DNA of 64,000 nt from Octopus vulgaris (taxonomy: Eukaryota): positions 16,554,001-16,618,000 of the forward strand of contig OX597834.1 in the NCBI GenBank assembly GCA_951406725.2, in the 5' to 3' direction. The notes beneath the pieces were generated by a model, which worked only from the letters and a program-made list of their open reading frames with translations, was not told where the DNA came from and ran no database searches. Positions within the stretch are counted from its first letter, which is position 1. Each line of letters opens with the position of its first letter. The position numbers and the translations under genes are program-made. Below are positions 55,081-64,000 of the stretch, piece after piece.

Positions 55081-56408
55081 CTGCAGAGGATGCCAAAGGG
55101 GCTCAATGACAAAATATGCACAGGGAACATAAATGTTATAAGGGCCATGTTGTGTTCATCATATTTTTCCCTATATTTTCTCTGAATATCCAAACTAATA
55201 ATGCTGCTAGGTACAGTAATAATTATGTCACTATACTGAAAGAAAACTGGATGATGATACTCTACATGGAGGTCTAAAATCACCAGTAGGAGTCGTATGT
55301 CTAACTACACATATAGGAACCCCTATATATATTTATATGTTCATGGCTGAGTGCTTAAGCAGTTTTCACTTCACAGCCAAATGACTTCAAGTTTCATTGC
55401 ACTGCATGGCTTAACTAATACCAGGTAAGTGAAATTTAGTAGTCAGAAATTGTACAGAGATAGTCTCTCATATCTTATACATAAACACACACACACATCA
55501 TCATCATCATCGATTAACGTCCGTTCTCCATGATAGCATGGGTTGGACGGTTCGACCGGGGATCTGGGAAGCCAGAAGGCTGCACTAGGCTCCAGTCTGA
55601 TCTGGCAGTGTTTCTACAGCTGGATGTCCTTCCTAACACCAACCACTCCGTGAATGTAGTGGGTGCTTTTTACGTGCCACCTGCACAGGTGCCAGGCGAG
55701 GCTGGCAATGGCCACAATCGGATTGGTGCATTTTATTGGTGCATTTTACGTGCCACTGGCTTCTGTACACACATATATATACATATATACATATGTATAT
55801 GGTATGTATTTACAGGGATACCACAGTTTGAACCCCACATAAACAAAGATTCAGTAACTTGGCAGTCTGATGTGAGTAGACATACTACTTCCTTATATAC
55901 AGATTTTAACTCGGTCCAGTGACACATTCAGTATGCTCAAATGCCAATTCATCATCATCATCATCATCATCATCATTTAACGTCCGCTTTCCATGCTGGC
56001 ATGGGTTGGACGGTTCAACTGGGGTCTGGGAAGCCAGAAGGCTGCACCAGGCCCAGTCTGATCTGGCAGTGTTTATACAGCTGGATGCCCAATTATAAAC
56101 CACAATTATAATTTGACTTCATTGATTATTGAACGCAGAAACATGTGTAACTGATGAAATAAAGAAATACCAAATTCGTGTTTTTCTCTCATTTTCTATC
56201 TATCCACACACACACACACACCAAGCTCTACTCTGCATACTTCTCATATGTTTATATTGAGCATGACATACAAAAACACACATACACACACTATGTAGAT
56301 ATAATCAATAAAACGTTATTTATATATATTAACAAATAAGCAGATGAAAGTAATTTTCAAGTGGTTTAAATTACAAAGAGGCTTAAAGTGAGATATTTCA
56401 TCAAGACA

Positions 56409-56488
56409 TCATCTCTTGGAAGTAAAGCAAAAATCATCAGCAACGAAGGAGAAACAGCAGCAAACATCAAAAAAGGAGCAGCCAATTT
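56409..56488 (-). CDS. Candidate Cys-rich alternative terminal exon (EIGCSFFDVCCCFSFVADDFCFTSKR*)
   Basis: gggttacag acceptor (moderate), phase 1. Confidence 0.35.
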
Positions 56489-56642
56489 CTGTAACCCTAA
56501 TTAAGGTTAGACTCTTAATACATTTAATCTGAAGCAAGTTACAAAAGTTTTTAATAAGAACTGAAATACAAACGGCAGAAGAGAAGCACATTAAAAATAA
56601 ATAAGTGAAGTCTAAAGTAAATTATCCTTCTTGCAGATGACA

Positions 56643-56737
56643 TTATAATCTAACATAATTCCAAGAGAACAAATCGTTATATATTTGGGCGATAAGTGTT
56701 GGATGCATTGAAGCTACTAGGATGCTATTATGTGCTG
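56643..56737 (-). CDS. Candidate alternative terminal exon (AAHNSILVASMHPTLIAQIYNDLFSWNYVRL*)
   Basis: ctccgttggtcttttcagcag acceptor (NAGNAG), phase 1. Confidence 0.3.
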
Positions 56738-58360
56738 CTGAAAAGACCAACGGAGATCATTGCACATCCTTAATGCAGGAGGTCAACAAACAGAACAGTC
56801 ATTTCTCCTGGTTGTATGCTAACCTGCTAATTATCCCAAAATTTCAAGAACTGTGGTACATCAGACAAGAGCTGTGAATAACAGGACTAGTTAAAAAAAA
56901 ACAACATATTCTGTTCCATTAGTGAATAACAGAATAACTAATATAAAGGAATATTGTATTCTATAAGAGAATACAGAACTAATTTAAACCTATATCTTAT
57001 TTTGCTAGCAAATAACAGAACTAGTTAAAAAAAAGATACAGGACTAGTTTGAAGATAGGGTTTATTCTGCTAGCAGATAACATACCCAGTTTAAAGGGAT
57101 ATTTTATTCCGTTAGTCAACAATAAAAGAACAAGAAACACAACAAACGTTAGTAAATAACCATGATTATATGTTCTCTCATTTTTCAATTTGTAGATGAA
57201 GAAACAAAACAATGGAACTAATGAATTTCATATCAACCAAAGCCTGTTTTTAGGGGTTTCACATCTAACATTTTTATGATGTGCCAGTTTGGAAATAGCA
57301 TTTATTTATTTTAAATAAGGGTCAAAAAGTTGTTTTTGTTACTGTTCAGTCAGACACAAAAGGGCAGCACCTATTAGCCTTTATCTTTTTCAGGGCTTCT
57401 CAGATGGAAAGATATTATCTTCAAATCAAGTGGAAGGATATTATCTTCAAATCCTTAATCTGGCCTAAATGGTTGCTAACAGATTGAACTCCATTAAAAG
57501 TACCCAAGGATCAGGTGGTAGTGTTAATCTGGGTAATGGATGAAGTTCACCACACAACAGTTCAGAATGAGAATGCAATGAGCTGGTACAAATACTGGAA
57601 TAAAACTACCTCATCCAACACATTACTATTGTCATTAATCCAATGACCCTTAATTGGTTCGTTTATTTAATCAAACCAGAAAGGATTGAACACAAAGTTG
57701 ACCTTGATGGAATTCACAAGTTGGGGTGAATGTTTGTTTCTACAACCATGTGCTCTTCTTCATATCTAATTGTAATTTAATTAGGGGGTTAAGAGCGGTA
57801 CCTATTTTCAACCATGTTGTATTGCAAATAGAATTACATGACTTTCCTCAGAGGGCAACAGCGTAATGACTTTACCATGGTTTGAAACCATGACCTGAGT
57901 AGATATGAAATTCTGAAACTTTACTCTGATCCCTTGACTACATACAACTACCATGAAGGATAGGCTTTTGGGTGGTTCTTTCATAAATATCCAAAAATAA
58001 ATGAATGAATGAAATAAAATAGAAATGAACAAAAATAAGAACTCTATTGCAATAGCAATGTGGTAACAACATCGACAACAAAAAGACAACATACATGCAA
58101 GGAGCAGGAAAAAAAAAATTGTTTAAATTCACAAAATAGCCAAAAAAAAAATGTGCAGTGTAATTTGTAGTGGAGTCTAGGGTTGGCAGGGAGCGGAAAA
58201 AAAAAACAAAAAGAGATTAACAAACAGGGGTAGGGGCTAGAAATAATGAAATAATATAGTAACATAGTTTTTACAAAGCAAAATGATAAAAAACATTCCA
58301 ACTAAAGAAACCTGGCAACAAAGGGTATTGAAACACAACACAGGGGTGAGGGTGACTTAC

Positions 58361-58411
58361 CCTTCAACTTCAGTTGGTTAAGGGTCATATCCCACAAGAA
58401 ATTCTTTGTAC
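58361..58411 (-). CDS. 51-nt cassette exon (GTKNFLWDMTLNQLKLK)
   Basis: ctaac branch point, gtccttcag|G acceptor, perfect G|gtaagt donor, phase 1-1. Confidence 0.75.
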
Positions 58412-58569
58412 CTGAAGGACCCAAACAGTTAGTGTTTTAAACAGATGGGCAGAGTTTGGTGGAAGAAGAAAAAAATTTATATATTGGAAAAAAAAAAAAG
58501 AGAGAGAGAGAGAAAGAAAAGAGAAGAGAACATGGAGAAATCTGAAGTTTACCCAAAACTATGTCTATA

Positions 58570-58603
<34 letters not shown>

Positions 58604-58709
58604 GAGACCAGCCAGGTCTATGTATGAAGGTCTGCAAAACAGATTTTCATCTAAATCATATTGCATGCATGTGTGTATATGTGTGTGTAAGAGAGAGAGA
58701 GAGAGAGAG

Positions 58710-58774
<65 letters not shown>

Positions 58775-59169
58775 TTGTGTGTGTGTGTATTTATATGTTT
58801 GCACAAGAGCATAGAAATATTCAGGTTTGTGTCTGGGTTCATTGCAAAATTACCTAAGAGAAAAGTCCTATATCCCTACAGACTTGTGGGTAGCTGTTTA
58901 TCAGGAAAAGTCTATAGCTTGAAACTAATTCAAACCAGTGACTGAAGTAGTTTCCAGTAGTCACCTCACGCTAGTTTATAACTGGACACTCAACTGCTGT
59001 GAAAGCATGCATAATGATGACCTGACATGCAGATGTCTCTCACGACACAGCCATCATCTGACAAAATGTACCAACCAGCATCTATACAAGAGCTCTGCTG
59101 ATACTGATACGAAAGTAGGCATATAACTTCTCTATAAACTGATATAAGTTGTTCAAATTGCACATGTTG

Positions 59170-60560
59170 GTAGAGAGATCACCTCCCTGATTTCCATGAC
59201 AAGCAAATAACGGGTTCCAAGCAGAAGCAATTTGCAATCATTGAGATCTTGACGAAGGAGGGGCACAGGCTGTCGTCAGACATTTACAGAAGGCTACAAG
59301 TTGGGAAGAGATGACACCATTGATAAGAGTCGTGTGAGAAGATGGGTGAGGCTTAAAGACAGGGAAATCAGCATTTGAAGACAAACTATGCAACGAGAAG
59401 TCATCAGCTGTGCCTACTAATATTAATCACCAGTGAATGGATGACGTGATTCGTGCAGACAGACAAGACACTATCCATGAGCTTGCTGTGTACAACTGGA
59501 TTGTAGCCTATACATTATAGATGGTGGAAAACTCTAGGCATCAGAATGTGTGTGCCAAGTGGGGTACCTCGGCAGATGACATCGGGTTTGAAGAAGGGAA
59601 GGATGGAAATCTGCTCTGATCAGATTTCCAGTGAAGACGGGGTTTATTTTCCTCAAATGGCCAACAGGAGATGAAATGTGGCCGTATCTTTATGATCTGG
59701 AAATGAAGTCTTAGTATATGAAAACCAGCATCTGAAGACAAACTGTGCAGAGGGAGATCATCAGCTGCAACTAATGACATGAATCGCCAGCAAGTGCACA
59801 AGGTGATTCATGCAGATAGACAAGACACTATCCATGAGCTTGCTGCACAAATGGAACTGCAGTCAATGTATTACAGAAGATGGCAGAAGACTAGGTATCG
59901 GAAAGTGTGTGCTAAGATGGGCACCTAGTAAGGGTGGAAATATGCTCTGATTAGCTGGAAGTATTTGAACCCGATGAAGACAGGATTTATTTTGCTCACT
60001 CTGGTGATAGAAGACAAAATGTGGCCGTATCACACCCATTATCTAAGGCCTAAAATATTCAAGAGCCATTGATCAACATGGAAAGTCATGCTGTTTTGGG
60101 GGGCTGACAAGGGAGTCGTCTGTTTTTGGAACAGGGTTGCACAATGAACAAGTTGTATGTTGAGACACTCAAAAAGCTGAGGAAGAGACCAAACAGGAAT
60201 CTGAAAAATGACCCACATTCATCATGACAGTATGTGACCACAAATCAGGGAATTCAGCAAATTGGACTGATAAATAGTCTCCCATCCACCATAAAGACTA
60301 GACCTGGTGTCTTCCAGCATCCACCTGTTCAGACTAATGAAAGACAGTCTTTGGAGGACAATGATCTGATGACAAAGACAAGAAAGAAGTGGCCATGAAA
60401 CAGATACAATAATGCACATGTAAACTGACGACAGAGACTATGTTGTGAAGGACCTTTGTATAGAAGAAAGCTTCTCTGTCAACATGTACAATTTGAATGA
60501 CCTATGCCAGTTAATAAAGAAATTTAGTCCTCTTTTGCATTTACCATCAGTATAAGCTTC
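59170..60560 (+). mobile_element. Decayed mariner transposase with internal duplication
   Basis: Remnants DIYRRLQ..DDTIDKSRVRRWVR and PHPP*RLDLVSSSIHLFRLMKDSL (cf. PHPPYSPDLAPSDFHLF); ~59380-59700 repeated at ~59730-60030. Confidence 0.75.
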
Positions 60561-60636
60561 ATTGAGACACACACATACACACACACATTCAGGGTGGGTC
60601 CTAAATATCATCAAAGGACAGAAAATTCAGTAAATA

Positions 60637-61535
60637 TTGAGTTGAGGAATAATTCATGAGCGTTTTTTTACAAATTTAAAAATGTACGTAAAAATAAAAT
60701 ACATTGGCAAAATGTTTTAAGTTATTTAAAAATGAATTTTTGGCTCTACAAGATAGTACGTTTTGATTTTTCATTTTATTGATTTTTGTGTATTTTCAGA
60801 TCATTAAAATAGAATGTGAAGTGGACAAAACCGAGCATTTTTGACAGCGTTTGCTTTTTGCATTTAATCAAGGTTTTAAGCCTGCCGAAACTGCTCATGA
60901 GATTTGTGTTGTGTATGGAGAAGGAGTAATGCCTCCAAGTACTGCCCACCATTGGTTTTCACAATTCAAAAATGGGAACTTTTACCTCAAGGATGGATCA
61001 CACAACGGTCGATCATCTGAGTTCAATGAAGAGCAATAATCAACTTCTTCGTGAAAATCTGTCAAACGACCAGAGAATTGGCAGAGCAGATTGTGATAAA
61101 AAAAATTGTGGTGAACCACCTTCACTCAATGGGCAAGGTTCATCGAACTCATTTGCTTGACCGGTGTGTGTGAGCCATCCTCGAGGTAAAAATTCCATTT
61201 TTGAAGCATGAAAACCAACAGCGGGTGGTACTTTCAGGCATCGCTCCTTCTCCATACATAGCACAAATCTCACAAGCAGCTTTGGCAGGTTTAACACCAT
61301 GGTTAAATGCAAAAAGCAAATGGTGTCAAAAATGCTCAATTTTGTCCACTTGACATACCATTTTAATGATCAGAAAACAGACAAAAATCAATAAAATAAA
61401 AAAATCAAAACATACTATCACGTAGCGCGAAAAATTCTTCCAAAAAACATAAAACATTCTGTCAAGGTGTTTTATTTCTGCGTCCATTTTTAAATTTAAA
61501 AAAAAAACACACACATTAATTATTCCTCAACCCAA
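60637..61535. mobile_element. Fold-back mariner derivative (two inverted 5' halves)
   Basis: TA-flanked TIRs ttgagttgaggaataa / ttattcctcaacccaa; N-terminal transposase remnant (LLFAFNQG..AETAHEICVVYGE..HWFSQFKNG) on both strands. Confidence 0.8.
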
Positions 61536-62128
61536 TATATTTTCAAACTTTGCTTGTTACACAAACAAATTTGATCCTTTTAAAGTAATAGTTGAGGTCT
61601 GTAAATACTATGAACTGATAAACATTTACAAAATATGTTATACACCACACACATTTTGGGTGTACAAGCAAGAGGAAAAGTATTCAATAACCATCATTAT
61701 TTTTCCACCTGAAGGATCGTACGCAGCGAGAAACAGAATAATGATGGAATGAATCATCAGCTTCATTCATACACATATACATACAGACACACACAAATTC
61801 ATAAGGCGTGTGATATTGTCCACGACAAGAAATCATATGAGATAACTCCTGCTGACCAATCAATCTGAGATTTTAAATGCCTTGGTTGCAACAACTGTCC
61901 CATAGAGTGTGGATTGTTTGGGGCCAGGAAAGAAGGCAGATACAGGATACTTTTGGAACTTTCAGAGCTAGACCACTATGGCTTAGAGCAGTTTATGGAG
62001 ATAATTACTTAGATTGACTTTTCATACCAATATTAACGGTAGGTCATTGTTCTGATTCTCACTGTCCTCCAGGCACACATTTTATCATCGGCTTGGAACA
62101 CATCAACAAAGACTTTGTGTACTGAATT

Positions 62129-62337
62129 CTATAAACAAAAGCTACCATTCTTGTTTAGATTTATTTGATCTGGAGTACCTTTGACTGAAGAGACACAACC
62201 AGGTTGAAACACTGGTATCTCAAAGTCTCCTTGTATTAATGATGTTGAGTGTGTTGTCAACACAGACTGCCTGAAAGGAGAAGATGTTCTGTAAACATGA
62301 AATACAACAGGAATTAACATATTCACATTCAAATCTG
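62129..62337 (-). CDS. Candidate exon of the same gene (ADLNVNMLIPVVFHVYRTSSPFRQSVLTTHSTSLIQGDFEIPVFQPGCVSSVKGTPDQINLNKNGSFCL*)
   Basis: atattccagcag acceptor, phase 1, 68 open codons in unique sequence; an alternative inner acceptor (ctcctttcag) also exists. Confidence 0.4.
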
Positions 62338-64000
62338 CTGGAATATATTAAGAATGAATGTGTCATAGTATGTACCATGCATGCTAAGAGAAGCGATCAG
62401 TTTTTTCGATGCATCAGTGTGTCGCAACAAGGATCTCCCTAGTTCATGTTGGAGTGTTTCTCGAGTATGATAAAACAGAAGGACTGCATTTAACAAACCT
62501 CTGGATCCTATTGTATTTTTGGATGTGGCTTATAATTTGAGAGTGCATGTATGCATTAGTGTGTGTTTTGCATATTTAATCAAGTTTTATTTTACATAAT
62601 TATCAATCAATTGAATTGAAAATGCATGTGGAAGTGTGGGATGAGTTTATATACATATAGCAAAAAAAAAAAAACTTAAATTACTCAACAAAGTAAATAA
62701 ATTTAATACAAAAAAATTCTCACAGATTTAGCATAAATGCAAATTGCAAATAGTGTACATACATTGGAATGTTGATTTATCAATACATAAACAAACAAAA
62801 AAATAAGTAAATACAGAAAACAAATAAACAGGAAACATGAAAATTAGTAAAACAATTGACTTTTTTTTTTATTAGAATTCATAATCAATAAAAGCAAATG
62901 TAAACGATAAACATTAATATGTCCTTAGAATTTATTTTCATATACATATATATATATGTGTGTATGTATAAATGAATTTGTACATATTTAAAAAAAATAT
63001 AAAAAATACATATATATGTATGTATTTGAGTATAATTATATATAATTTTAATAAATAGCAAAATGATACATATGTATATATGAATGAGTATGCGTATATA
63101 TATTTGAAGAAAGGTTTTCTTCAAATAACAGAATGACATGAATCTTTTGGAAAGTTCTGTTTGAAGTTTTTTCTTATTATATAATTAATAATGTTTATTT
63201 TAAGGAAATCTTTCTTCAAATATTGCGACTGTATCGAGAATTTTTTGCAAAATCTTTTTTTGTAAATATATATATATATAGCCTTCGGGCTAAAACATTT
63301 TTAGGGATTTAAGGATTTATATATATATGTATGTATCTATGTATGCATATGTAAAGAGCGAGTGAGAGAGGAAGCTTTATTGTCGCAGTAAAAAAAATTA
63401 AACAAGCTGAGTATTACATGTTATCTCATTATTTTCATAGCATATTTTTCTTCAAATCAAATAGAAAGCTATCAGCAGCACCACACACACACACACACAC
63501 GCATATATATAAAACACTGCCAAAATAACATTGGAAACATCAGGATTCCACTTCAGAAGCAGGAAACACTTCAGCCCTGATCAGAGTTAATAACCCTCAA
63601 CAAAAATAGCTAAAGGCACATCCTGTAATACTGTTCATATCTACAGTCGTAATGCTTTTGCTTGACAAACAAAGAAACAGATGCACCTCCACTAAACCAA
63701 ATCCAAAAGAAAATCGTTTAATAAACTGACAGAGGTTCAAACCCTAACATACTCTCTCTCTCATGGCCACCATGGACTAAAGGGTAAAGACTCCTTTCAG
63801 TCATGAATGACCATGGTATTGCACCCAGCCTCTCCAGGGAACAAGGCCAGGCAAGATTGGGCTTCCATAAACAATCTTGCCTGGCCTTGTTCCCTGGAGA
63901 GGAACTTTTAGGTGCAATACCTATTTCTTTATTACCCACAAGGGGCTAAACACAGAGGGGACAAACAAGGACAGACATATGTATTAAGTCGATTACATCG

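Noticed and set aside
63590-63690. Acceptor-like site with short ORFs on the minus strand (similar sites near 54300, 54385, 42055 and 31205)
   Set aside because: Only an acceptor and a short frame, with no independent support; expected by chance in U-rich introns.

Overview
AT-rich, microsatellite- and SINE-dense eukaryotic DNA; the repeat families look like those of Octopus (coleoid cephalopod; inferred). Two convergent, intron-rich genes are visible. (1) + strand, 2700-15682: the last nine coding exons of a complement C3-like thioester protein (MG8/A2M receptor-binding domain, anchor, C345C/NTR domain), phase-consistent through to the stop. (2) - strand, ~62.3 kb to 27.6 kb: the 3' end of an unidentified gene whose body lies beyond the window. 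It appears to be built from phase-1 micro-exons and many candidate alternative terminal exons, including a CaaX-ending one, a Cys-cluster one and a hydrophobic one. Three candidate exons sit inside non-repetitive RNA hairpins that bury the 3' splice site; in two, the stop-codon adenosine faces a C (A·C mismatch), suggesting ADAR-coupled control of C-terminal isoforms. The rest is tRNA-derived SINEs, RTE fragments, piggyBac/mariner/Merlin-type MITEs, near-perfect palindromes, degenerate hammerhead-like motifs and mini/microsatellites. Nearly all supplied ORFs are repeat artefacts.
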